A DNA stretch of 59,646 nucleotides, filler included, from Sphacelaria rigidula (Eukaryota): assembly GCA_964200075.2 (NCBI GenBank). It is 7 parts of 7 records of this genome, joined end to end, with 100 filler letters (N's around TTAATTAATTAA, not from the genome) between each part and the next. Parts side by side here need not be neighbours in the genome. Positions count along the whole stretch, not along the records: positions 1 to 8,437 come from CAXNAA020011134.1; positions 8,538 to 16,974 come from CAXNAA020011135.1; 5 more parts are not named here. The stretch is one strand, 5' to 3'. Numbering within the stretch: the stretch's first letter is position 1; each line of letters opens with the position of its first letter. A program made the translations under genes and the position numbers. Below, in pieces: positions 1-11,399 of this stretch. The notes under the pieces were generated by a model. It searched no databases, was not told the origin of the DNA, and saw only the letters and a list, made by a program, of their open reading frames with translations.

Positions 1-315
1 GGAACTTGGTAGAGGGGGAAATGCGGGACGTGGACGACGATGGCATGAAATCGTTTCATGCATTAGGCAGTAGGGAGAAAACGATGACTATACTAGGAGA
101 TAAATGGGGGCCAGAGATGGCGAAACAGGACGGGGACAAGATATGTAAAATGTTTTGGTGCAATGTATCGAAGAAACGTCATGAGCGCCGGTATGTTGGA
201 GGCGGTATGTTGGAGGTGTCTCAATTAGGAGTAGGAGCGGTGCTCCGTCTCGAAAGGGATGCGTGTTCAATGGTCAAACGACTAAGGCAAGTAACAAATG
301 AGTACGTCCCCCCCC
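1..315 (+). mobile_element. 3' part of LINE-like retroposon (family L-C), ORF C-terminus plus poly(C) end
   Basis: Translation EMRDVDDDGMKSFHALGSREKTMTILGDKW matches the copy at 45059-45605 (KMQAVNECGMEPFDALHNSSEKIMVILGCRSW); ends ...caaatgagtacgtcccccccc like the other copies. Confidence 0.75.
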
Positions 316-378
316 ATCAACCTCCCCACCAACTCTCCTACGCTCCCTCCCTTTTTTTTTCCGTTCTGTCTCGGTGAG

Positions 379-498
379 GTGATGGAGACGATTCGAGACC
401 TGTGTGCCGGCGGACACACGGTAGTGGTTTCAATTCACCAGCCTCGCTCTTCCATCTACGCCCTCTTCGACGACATCCTCCTTCTCAGCGATGGCAAG
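379..498 (+). CDS. ABCG/White-family ABC transporter, internal exon (end of NBD, H-loop)
   Basis: VMETIRDLCAGGHTVVVSIHQPRSSIYALFDDILLLSDGK contains the ABCG SIHQP...FDD.LLL..G signature; donor GTGAGA at 499; acceptor is GAG. Confidence 0.9.
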
Positions 499-962
499 GT
501 GAGACAGACGACTATACACATCTCGGGTGTCACATGTCGCCGATCGACGCCTAGATGTAGCACCGGACATATGTGTGAAATAAATAAATGTTGTCGTTTT
601 TGAAACAGCAATTATGGAGTCGGTTGTTTGGAACCATGGAATAAACGCTATGTTGTCGTGGGCAGCGGTACTCGCAAGCAGAAAGGCGGTAGATGTTCAG
701 GTATACAGCGGAAGGGTTACCAGCGCGGAAGGTTCAGCCGACGTTAATGTTCCGAAAACGGTGTCTGGTGTCTGAAGGATTAAAGGGGAAGTATGAAGCA
801 ATTGTGTCTTGTTTCCCACGAGCGAGGGAAGTTACCTTCAAGCGTTGTATATGTGGCAATGTTTTTGTTGTTTGTGTTTGGCCGTTGACGATTTCTTGAA
901 AATGTTATGCTGTGCTATTCACGTCGTGGGTTCAGTTGCGCAGCATGGCGTAACACTGCACT

Positions 963-1021
963 TAGTAGTAATAGTAGTAGGAGTGATAGAAATAATAGTG
1001 GTAATAGTAGTAGTAGTAGCA
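963..1021. repeat. Imperfect (AGT)n microsatellite
   Basis: tagtagtaatagtagtagg...gtagtagtagtagc. Confidence 0.7.
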
Positions 1022-1992
1022 GTGTTGGTAATCACAGCAACTCTCTCAAGTTCCCTGAATCAGCTCGATTCAGGCATATAGCTGTGAACTGCAGATCAAC
1101 CTGGCCGTGCCCTCTCTGCCGCTAAGAACAAGAAATGAGCAAAAAAATGTGCTACATAATATATCATCTTTACGACGGAATCAGATCCTGCGCAAAAAGA
1201 GGACATGTCATGATTCGAACTGGTGACTTTCATAACTGGAGTGTGCTGTTCCACTCAGCGTCCCCCTCACCTTTTCTGCCTCCCCCCCTTTTTTTGGACC
1301 CTAAAATTCGGTTTTTCATGTTGAAAAATACGACCCCACCGCACATCGCTGTCGCGTATTTCATGTTTCGCATATATTTCTCGGCGACATTTTTTACATG
1401 TATTGTGTTTCTAGTCTTGTACCAGTACATACTGCTACATGATCGATGGAGAAAAGTGTATATACATCTAGTATCAGTCACGCCGTGCTGTGCAACTCGC
1501 CATGACCTCCGCACACTGAATAAACGGTTTCCTCCCACAACATGAAAAACTTCCAAAAATTAAAACATGTATTAGCGACAGATCGCCCGAACTCCGCGAC
1601 CCTCGCCGCCGGTACCTCGAAAAAAATAACGGCGATGCGTCTCCTTCAGCCTCTACTCTTGTTTCTCTCCCCCCTCCATAATCTTCATTCTATTCCTCTT
1701 CCTCCTCCTTTTCCTCCACCACCGTCTTCCCGCCCCGCATCCTTCTTTTCCTCCATATATGCCTGTGTGTGTAGTGTGTACTGTCTATCTATAGTCTGTT
1801 GTGTGTGCGTGTGTGCGAACTGCTGCGTATTATACATTGCTGCTGTGCAGCTGCAGATGAGAAGCTAAGAAGGTCCGACAGTCCGCGACGCAGCAACGAA
1901 CGCGCGCTGGGGTCTCGCACATAGAAAAACCCCCCATCGGTTAATGATAATGCCGAAAAGGAGGGTCGTGGATAGGAAGAAAAAAAGCGCGG

Positions 1993-2217
1993 CAAGGCCC
2001 TACACGTCACACGTTCAAGTCTCACGTTTCACGTGAAACGTTCAGCTAGGTTAGTGATACGGTGGAGGACCACGTGGGGAGCCCCAATTTGACTTGACTT
2101 TTTAACAGAGCTCCCCACATAGTCTCCCCGTCCCCCACCACCGTAGTGCTAACCCGGCTTGACTCTTGACGTGAAACGTGAAACGTGAAACATGAACGTT
2201 TAACGTGTAGGGCCCTG
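1993..2217. mobile_element. Foldback MITE, hAT-like CA(A/G)GGCCC termini
   Basis: caaggccctacacgt...acgtgtagggccctg terminal inverted repeats with further internal inverted matches; TIR resembles the element at 55686-56226; TSD not clear. Confidence 0.7.
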
Positions 2218-2479
2218 AAAGAAGGGGGTCTGTCTGACTGTCTACAGATTTTTTGCCCAGGGAAATCGCAAGTCTGCGCTGCCCTATTGAAAATCTGCGC
2301 CAGGAAATCTCAATTATGCTGTATTCTCTCTAGAATCTACCGTATTTTCTGAAAATCTGCAACATATTTTGTTTTTCCTGCTTTTTTTTTCACGGCCGTT
2401 TTTCTGCGCAAAAATACGGAATTCCGCTTTTTCTGCGGCCGCAGAAGGAGTCAGGCCCTGGTCGTTTCACGCCCTAAAG

Positions 2480-2775
2480 TAGGGCTAGGCGGAGTTTGAC
2501 ACCTTGGAATGACTTCCTTTACTAGTTGAGGCGGTTCCAGGACATCTTGCCGTTTACCGGTGGCCGCAGTTCATATTTTGGCCGAACAGGGATTTTTGTC
2601 CGAGAGCGGTCAGATCTAGAAAAAATCGACATTTTTCTCTGACTTGACCGTTCTTGAACAAACTCTTGTTCGGCCAAAATTTAAACTGCGGCCACTGGTA
2701 AACGGGAAGATGTCCTGGAACCGCCTCAACTAGTAGAGCAAGTCATTCCGAGATGAAAAACTCCGCCTAGCTCTA
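2480..2775. mobile_element. Foldback MITE with long imperfect inverted arms
   Basis: tagggctaggcggag...actagttgaggcggttccaggacatctt versus aagatgtcctggaaccgcctcaactagt...ctccgcctagctcta; arms of roughly 130 bp. Confidence 0.85.
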
Positions 2776-3335
2776 TTCTACGGCGTAAAACGTAGAAGCC
2801 CCCAAATATACTTGTTTAGGTTTGCATTTCCGTCTTTGATCGGCAGCGGCTAACCTGCCATTTCTTTTTCTTTCTTCTGGCTTCCCGTCATATGTTGCCC
2901 GCTGATGGTGAGAATGTCGTGTCAAATTATTCAGCGCCTGACTCATCAAATTGAGCACCGCGTCACCCCATCCGATTATCGACGAAAAAACTATCAGCTG
3001 GCCCAGCTCGTAGTGGCCAGTACAGTAGTTGGGAGGGGGTAGTGATGAACTTTCGTACGCAGCCTACGGTCCGTGTGCGTACAACAACACCGATGTTTTG
3101 GCGCAGGCGACGTGTATGCGATGCGATGTACGGCAGTATACAGGGAGTGCTGCACATCCTCTCTACGGTACAGGTATACGAATCGTGCTTGATTAGTTCC
3201 AGTTTTTTTGCGCAGTCCCTTTTCGTTCTCGGACGGTTGAGCAAACGGAACAATGGCTCAGGCATCGACATCTGTGATTTCGTTATGTTCCCCTTCCCTT
3301 CTCTTCCTATCTCGCTACAACGAACGGCAACGAAG

Positions 3336-3428
3336 GTGATGTATCACGGCCCCAAGGAGCACGCCTTGCCTCGACTGGCGTCTCTTGGCCACCGCTGTCC
3401 GAGTCATTACAACCCCGCAGATTTCATG
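3336..3428 (+). CDS. ABCG transporter exon
   Basis: VMYHGPKEHALPRLASLGHRCPSHYNPADFM carries the ABCG Y.GP...G..CP...NPADF motif; AG/GT boundaries, phase 0 compatible with previous exon. Confidence 0.9.
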
Positions 3429-4163
3429 GTGAGCCGAACATGTTGAAGTCAGAAGGCAGTAAGGGCAGAGAGAGGTACCCCTCTATCACCCAACCCTCAG
3501 AGCTTTGGCCAAAGCGAGGTACATCAAGTAGGTGCCAAGAAATAGCTGGAGTTATCGTTGCAGATGCACGTAAGGTATAACGTTGATCGTCACAGGCCTT
3601 GCACGTCACAGCATGTGCACTCCTGTTCCGTCAATTGGTGTTCACTGCACTATTGATAGCTGTACGGCGTGCCGAAAGTGTGTGTGAAACCGCTACGCCA
3701 TAAAATGTTATCAACGTCCCGCTCGGGCGGAATTGACAGCATTTTTACCCCCGGGCAATCATTTGTTTTTGCTGGCTGTTCAATTTTTGAGCAATTTCGA
3801 GGGGTGATGTGTACATGTATTACCGTGTTCCTAGGCTGCGGTATACTATGTATGGCGTACAACGTGGGTTGTGCGGTGTTTTTCATGGTGTGAAAGGGTG
3901 CAGTGCTGTCGGTGCACACGGGTAGGTTGTTGCAGTTGGCAAGGGTGGCAGCTTCCTGCTGGGTTAACGACTTCGCGTGACTGTTGCTTTACTTGTAGTT
4001 TGTTTTGTCCGAGTGAGTAAGTAGGCCACATGCACCTGCCCCATATCTTTGTTTATTGAATTATTTTTGCAATGCTCCCAAACCCTGCGCTTTCTCTGGA
4101 CGAGTCCGTCGTCTCGACGGGTCAATTCGTACCAAAGCCTTCTGACGCTCTGTTTGTCTGCCT

Positions 4164-4231
4164 GTATGTATGTATGTATGTATGTATGTATGTATGTATG
4201 TATGTATGTATGTATGTATGTATGTACGTAT
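4164..4231. repeat. (TATG)n microsatellite
   Basis: Perfect tatg tetramer run. Confidence 0.95.
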
Positions 4232-4295
4232 GCTCTGATATCCTGTGACCAATCTATTCCCCGGATCGTAGGTTCATTGGTCGCTCCATTGGTCG

Positions 4296-4352
4296 ATTGA
4301 TTGTCGCACATGAAGTGATCCGCAAGGGATCCAGCCGCGGTCACAAGATGTG
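4296..4352 (-). repeat. Short retroposon-like 3' end (family L-ATCA)
   Basis: Reverse strand accgcggctggatccc...gtgcgacaatcaatc matches 23126-23210 and 32724-32796. Confidence 0.55.
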
Positions 4353-5724
4353 CTCCATAATGGGTAACAACTTTTCCGCGAGATTGAGAGTCTAGCCTTG
4401 ATTGAGAGTGAGTTTTATTACTGGCTGTAATTTGACTATTTTGTTATTCATCTTGTATGCGCTTTTCGTTGCCTATGACTCTGTCGTGCGCTAACAGCTT
4501 CAAGTCGAAATCTTACTCACGGATATCAAAGGCTTCGGTGACAAATTATCACAGAAAGCGTATCGGGCCTCGTATAAGGCCCGGACAGACAATTAGGAAC
4601 CGAAACTATTTCATTTATTCGTGGACCGCTTCTCACTCTCAATCCTATCCTAGACTCTCAATCCCACGAAAGCACTGCTGTAAATGATCATGCATCTATT
4701 GAAATATCGTGCGACGATATTCTGACTGTCGCTGGTAAAGCTTGTCATTGAAGCATTTCAAATTTCTCGCTGACCGATGAAACCATGTCATTTTGCGTCC
4801 GCGGTGAAGTGTTTTGCGTGGTGCGTTTCATTACGAGGGTTCATTGTAATCTCGGCAGCAGGTCCGTATGCCGAAGCAACTTCGTCTCTGTAGTTTTGTG
4901 ATTCCCCTCGCGTGACGTTTCCTCTCACCAATACTTCAGCCGTATACAAGGTCTAGCGACAGATACCAGGAAGATAGTCGACGAGGTACAGAAATCCGTT
5001 TTCTGCTGTAGAGAAACCGCGATACTGACACAAGATCAGATACATCGTATCGCGTGATATGGCACGATATCGGACACGACACCGGCATCTTCGCCTCCAC
5101 ACTTCCCAAAAACACCTAGTTCAAAATCAACCTGGTTTTCACACATTGAGCTGCACATATGGTATCTTTTATTCCGGGATATGCCGTACGGTATCTGATA
5201 TCGCACGATATATCGCGGGATACGATATACAACCTATGGTCTCGAGATATGGCGCATGTTTAGGCGACATTGATATGATTTATCCCGGATATATCTGGGT
5301 GAATGTACCGAGATTTTGGAACGGTACTCATCGCTAACATGGTCCCCCACGTGTCGCTTGTCAACGATAGTCGTGATCGAAATAAGTAGTAAGTACGGGC
5401 TGTTTTTTTTGTTGTTGCCCCGACATCAACCTTATCCCGAACCTGCGAAGCTCCAACGCTATAGCGTAGCCTAGCGCTGTTGGTGTCTTCGTCAGTTCGC
5501 CTCCTCTCGTGCTCCCTCTGTGGCAGGTGGGTCTGACCAACTCAATCAATGCGACGACCCGCATAGACTCTAAGAAACAACCTGCGACTAAGACTTGATA
5601 CGTTCCATGACACTATTGTAGAACCAATCGAACGCACAAAGATCCGAAACCCCCTTTTTTCTCAGTAGCTGTCCCCATCGGGTTCGTCCTCCTGCGTTTT
5701 ATTTTTATGCTGCTCCACTGCTAG

Positions 5725-5817
5725 GTGGATTTGATCAGCCCAGTCACTATGACCAACGGAGCGGACTTTCAGAAACAAGCATCAGCCAAAAATCGGACTC
5801 TAAACGCCTTGGCGCAG
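5725..5817 (+). CDS. ABCG transporter exon
   Basis: ctag|VDLISPVTMTNGADFQKQASAKNRTLNALAQ|gtaacg continues NPADFM-VDLIS in phase 0; absent from the ORF track. Confidence 0.75.
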
Positions 5818-7104
5818 GTAACGAGGCGGTGGTACCGCGTATAGAATGCATACCGTAGCATACGTGGTATATCTCTATATAATCGTTAGCCACATCAGTC
5901 CTTGTGCAACCTTACGCCCAAGTTGGAATTTGAGTGTTGCTTCCTGATGGTGCGATATTCCCGTCGATCAGCTGAGTAGCGAAGCACTTTGCAGGATCTG
6001 GCACGGCAGCAAGCAGCCCACTGAGGGACAGTGTAATTGACGCATGTACAACATGAGGGTCTCTCTTGCCTATCTAATGGGTATGTGTGTGTTTGATGTG
6101 TGTGTTTGCGACACTCTACCGTACTGTGACTGGAATGACTGTTAGAGTGTCTCTCGGGACTTGGTCGCCACATGTTCCCACGAGGATTTGATTGGTTCAC
6201 TATCGATAACCCACCCGTTCCGATGTATCGTTTGCACATTGATCATGGTGTTTTGGTCTCGCGTGAAGGGTGCGGCCTCCCCAACCCTCGTTGGCCGCCA
6301 CCCCAAATCCGCCGAATCTGGCACTCACTCACACGTGTCATCCTCAACAAAAAGAAAGCGTGGTTCCCGTGACAGCGCCCCAACTTCGGTTGAGTTTCTG
6401 CAGCTGCCGGGTTCAGCTTGGATCTCAGAACAGGGTACAACTCCGTCGCTACAGTATTGAGCCTGAAGTTCAACACGGTCTGCATCACCCACTGCCTCGA
6501 CTATACGTTGCGTCACCCTTGACACAAACCACAAACTAGTACGTACAATAGGTCATGTCATTCCTCTACGCCTTTGTAGCGTTATTTTGTTGCTGGTTGG
6601 GGTTATCGGTAGCTTTCCCCGACATAACCATCCCCAGTCGGGAGGCGGTCGAGGGCAGGAGGAGAAAAAAACATGTATATATATATATATACATGTACAT
6701 GTCTATCTACATGAAATGGCAGAAAAAACTCTGAAGTACAGTTGGAGGTGTTCCGAACGATTGTTGGTTCGTACAGGGATAATATCCCGTTGACCGAAAT
6801 ATTTTGATGGAGTGCCCCCAGAGACAGTTTGTGGCGGTATGCTTGCCCCAGTTTAAGATAAAGTCACGGTTGCCCTTTTCGAAGCGGGCGATCTATTTGG
6901 TGACCTACCCTAGCTGCTGCCTGCCATGATAACTGGCATGGGATGCTTGCGATGCTGTATGAGTCTAGTTAGGAGGTTGACAAATTATCGGTTTTTCGTA
7001 ATAGCACACCTTGATTTTCTTACGTGTCTACGCGTATCTTACATTTGTTTATATCTTTTTGTGGGTGTCATGTGCTGTTGAGTTTGTTGGTCACACATTT
7101 GACC

Positions 7105-7275
7105 CCTTTCCTTCCTCGGGACAAGTCCGCAGTCTCTAGGGATCAACCCATCTCCCCCCGGTAGTACACGCTTTGCATTTTGGTATCGGGGATTGGATCA
7201 TGACCATAGTATCAGCACTTCAGCGTCGCGTCGACTCTTGTCAGTCAAAATCAGTCGGACATACTCTTTTGCTAG
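7105..7275 (-). mobile_element. SINE family 2, partial copy
   Basis: gggacaagtccgcagtctctagggatcaacccatctc matches 19905-19945, 51306-51345 and the reverse complement of about 22560-22620. Confidence 0.6.
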
Positions 7276-8119
7276 GTCAAAATAGGTATGGGCGTGTTTG
7301 TGGTCAAATCCTTTATACTTATTTTTCGACGGGTGTCGACATTTGGGGCGAAATCGTACGACAGAAGGGATCTTTCAGACATGGTTGGAATGGCACAGCT
7401 TTTTGGGGGTGTCAATACGCCGGGTACTTTGGGATACCCGGTATCTCGGCAGTTGCTACGGCAGGAAGTTTCAGTACTGTTACAGTCAATGGTCAGGAAC
7501 TCTGAAATACTCAACATGTCAGATATTTGCTACAAGAGTCACCGGGGGGTACTAAGTGCTTCACTGATGACTCCCCAATACGGCATACAATTTTTTGGGA
7601 ATGTGTAGTCTACGTGGTCTGGGATGCTCAATGCTGTGAATCAGTCAACACTACAGGTACTCAGGAATACTCAATATTTCCCGTAGTATATAGTCCTAGC
7701 ACTCTCGAAATACTACTGATGTCGGGGAGTCGGTACTGAGTTTTCACCGAGGATAGTCGTAGCAGCCCGCTCGCAGGACACTTATCTCGGGCCTTGGTTC
7801 AAACCATATTTCGCTGCCTTACTGTACCTGAAATGCACATACCGTGCATCATCGTTTTTCAGGAATTGGTACAGGACCAATCGTCTACTCTGATCTAGAA
7901 TGCGTTGCTTCTAATCCGAACCAAGACGTTTGGCCTGAAGATTTTCCCAGCGGGCCGCTACTTTGCTCCCTCCGTGTGCGGCAACCGAGTACTGTTCGAG
8001 GTGGATACTCCAGGTACTCTGAGGTAGTCAAACTTTCGGAGTAGTCGACGCGCCAGGTACTCTGATTTTTGTTTTGTAGTTTCGGCTTTCGTTCGTGCCC
8101 CCTCCCCCTCCTCCCCCCC

Positions 8120-8437
8120 CTGGTCCAGCGAGAAGCCGGCGTGCTCCGTCCCGGCTTTGTAAGGGCGGACCCCCGATGGGGTTGGCGTCGGTTGGGGATA
8201 ACGCTATAAAACACGCCACTCACTGCGTAAGATAGGCAGCCAGGTTCCCGATTTTTTCGCGCACTTGCGTTTTTTTGCGGGAAGCATGATGGTGGTCAAG
8301 CTAGATCATGTTGTGTAGCGAGAGAGAAGCTCAACTCCGCACAATGAGGATGATCGTACCACGTAGTGTTTAAATGGTGAGACACTCATGAGGCAGTGTA
8401 AAAGCCATGGCTGTCTCTGGAAGTGGCGATACCAGAT
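8120..8437. repeat. Interspersed repeat shared with 25037-25435
   Basis: ggtccagcgagaagccggcgtgctccgtcccggctttgt...ggctgtctctggaagtggcgatacc aligns over about 300 bp with 25037-25435; preceded by a C run. Confidence 0.85.
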
Positions 8438-8537
8438 NNNNNNNNNNNNNNNNNNNNNNNNNNNNNNNNNNNNNNNNNNNNTTAATTAATTAANNNNNNN
8501 NNNNNNNNNNNNNNNNNNNNNNNNNNNNNNNNNNNNN
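8438..8537. other. Artificial contig spacer (N + TTAATTAATTAA)
   Basis: 100-bp N block with a six-frame stop linker; same spacer at 16975-17074, 25511-25610, 34046-34145, 42580-42679 and 51114-51213. Confidence 0.97.
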
Positions 8538-10789
8538 GATGCCCTTGTCCCCTGGTCATCATCCAGGATCCACTATATACTCAATCGTGTCGGCGTGATT
8601 TCGCCACACGCCGTATCGCAGACCCGCATAGATTTGGAACACCTGACGTTTTACACCAGGCTAGATAATACTCGGCTGTTAGAGCGGTCGTGCATCTGTT
8701 AATCGACCCTTACCCTGCAAAGTTGCTGAGATCGTCCATGATCACCAAGACTTATTCGAATACGTCACCTTCATCCGATCCACCGCCTTTCAACGACCCA
8801 CTCTGGTCATAGCCGAGTCGCCCAAACCGCCTGCGGAGTTCGAACGATCATCCCCATTGCCACCAGAGCAGCCATGCACCCAGGAAGCGACATAGACGGC
8901 GTGTGGGGAGGGAGTACAGGCGCGCCTTCGCCGTGACCGGACGCGCAATCGGTATAAGAGTCGCCATAATTGGTTCGTGTTGCGCAGGAGAGTCACCGCG
9001 GAGCGCTGGCCAGACCGCGTCGAAACGCTGCCCAAGGATCTCTATCAGGTGTGTCGCACCCGACGGCCACATGCCGTTATCCGCGGCCGCCTGAACCGCT
9101 TGATCCAGGGCTACCGCGCGCTGCACGTCCTATCTCCCTCCGGGGCCATGGACATGTTGGGGCCCCGATAACACGCACGAGGCTACTGGTTCCTCACCAT
9201 CCAGAGCTGCTGCTTCCTCTTCGATAGGATGCTGCAGCGCCTCTACCGCCACAGCAACACGCCGACATTCACTGAACGCCGGGTTCTCCACCCCTTACCC
9301 GGGGTCGATGGCTTTCTGGATCGCAGCAGCAAGCAAGACGGCCGTACACGCTGGTCCGAGGTACGCACCCAGTCTGTTGCTGTATAACCTCCGCTTACCG
9401 CTCCCGTACCCCACGCACCTAGTCGTCCTACGGAAATGCTGACTACTCTTACCCCGTCAAAACATGCCTCGTCTTGTTTGTACGGCCCTGAACTCCATCC
9501 CGTGTGCGTCTTCCGACCCTCTACCTGCGATACGATGCACGCTGCAGAAGCGGCGAAGGCATCCCGTGGAGTTGAACCATGTGCGTGCATGCACCGGCCA
9601 GCTCGGTGTAGAATTTTGGCCGGAATGACGCAGGGAATTCCTGCTGAAATGACATCGGGAACAACGGCGGTCCTTTGCCGGCTCCCCACACGGCTCCATG
9701 CGGGAACTTGACTGGCCTCCACAAAATCGCTCCCTGCGGAGCATGGGACCGTGATCAGTGTGATCAGCGTTATCAGCGCAAGTTCACGGGGAAGAGAGAG
9801 GGTAATGCGCCGGAGGAAGGGCGGAGGAAGTGGCGAGTGTTAGCTGGTTGTTGGTCATGATACCGGGCCGCTTATAGTGGTCAATTTCAATAAACGAAGG
9901 GCCTCCTCGCCTGTGCGTGGATGTTTCAGTGTACCCCTGATCAACCGGCGAAGAAGCAGGGAGATTGTACTTTCCATTCTCGGCAGCAAAAGGGCTCGCC
10001 GACCGACCGGAGGCTGAATGAGCCCGCCTGCGCTGGGTAGCGATCATGGTCGAGCCTACAGCTTGATACGGCAGACCATGTCCTCATCCTGAACTCGTTT
10101 CAATACGCCTTACCGTAATCCTACCGAAGTGAGTATCGTCGTATCATTCCTCTCTATCGCTCTAAAAATACACACAACGACTGGAAAAGTGCTTACAACC
10201 CGTGACACTGTGCGCCATAGCTTGCCCTACAGTGGCTCGCGTACAAAAACGTGACGGGCTCCGAACAGCCGATGTTGTTGCCGCCAGAAGACAGAAAACA
10301 AGCCAAGAGGTAACTCGGGATCCCCGTGACTTGAGTGAAACTGAGGCATGGCCTTGTGGAAGGGTCGGCGACGGTGGCATATCTATGTTTTGTCCCTTCT
10401 TTGTTCTAGTTCATATGCCTCGCCCCTGTAGATCCCGTGGGTAAGACTTTATCCCCGGACACAGTTGATTCCAGAACTCGTTTACGGCATGTGTCTTGGG
10501 GTGCTTTTCGCTCAGCCTCCTTTTTGTCTGCTTGTTGTTCTACTTCTATGCTGTCATGGTTCTCGTGTCTCGCCCCTGTGGAGCCCGTGGGGGAGAGTTC
10601 ATGGCCAAATACCCTTGTCCCCAGAACGCTTTCACGGCGTCTTTCATGGGTGTACTTTTCGCTCGCCTGAGGCCTGTGCTGCAGGGGGTGGCCGTTTTCA
10701 CTATTCCTGTGTGTGTTCTCACTTCGTTCTCGTCATGATTTGTTTTTAACCGGGACCACGTTTTCGTGTTCTTCTCCTATCCGTTCCTC

Positions 10790-10980
10790 ATCCTCCCCTT
10801 CCTTCCGTCCCCTTTCCTTCCTTTTTTTATGTTCGTTTCTATTTCCATCCGGCTCCCGTCTTTCTTCAGTTTACTCCGTCCCTCGTCCTCTCCTTCCTTC
10901 CGTCCCCTTTCCTTCCTTTTTTTATCTTCGTGTCTATTTCCATCCGTCTTCCGTTTTTCTTCAGTTTACTCCGTTCCTTA
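10790..10980. repeat. Pyrimidine-rich tandem duplication, unit about 95 bp
   Basis: ccttccgtcccctttccttcctttttttat.ttcgt.tctatttccatccg...ttcttcagtttactccgt occurs twice. Confidence 0.8.
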
Positions 10981-11399
10981 TCTCTCCCTATCTTCGCCTC
11001 CCCGCCCCTCCTCGAGTTTCCGTTAGCCGGTGTCTCTGTTTTCTTCACCTTGGGTACGTCTACCTTGTGGGTAAGGACCACATCTGGGACCCTCGGGCAT
11101 CAGTTCACGTGCGAGAATCAACCAGTCCATGAATCAGCAATCTATCAATCATGGCGATACGTGTTGCGAGTGAAGATGCCGGCTGTATACTACGCGAGGG
11201 TCCTGGACCCGCATTTCAGGTCACGTTGTACCCTTTCAGACATCCACCTCTCCGCCGGGTAAACCGGATGCCCACGATTGAGATGTAGGGCGCATCTGCA
11301 TCCGTTAGGAGGAAGGGATTGGAGCGCAATGGCTGGCTCTGCCGGGAACCTCAGAGATAGAATTCATGTGGTTTGCGTCGAACGGTACAGGTATTGAAG

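Noticed and set aside
8482..8493. TTAATTAATTAA as a piggyBac site or regulatory palindrome
   Set aside because: It is embedded in Ns at every gap; assembly linker
8538..10400. GC-rich ORFs as a host or viral gene cluster
   Set aside because: Short overlapping ORFs with no recognisable motif or consistent frame; most likely decayed retroelement sequence
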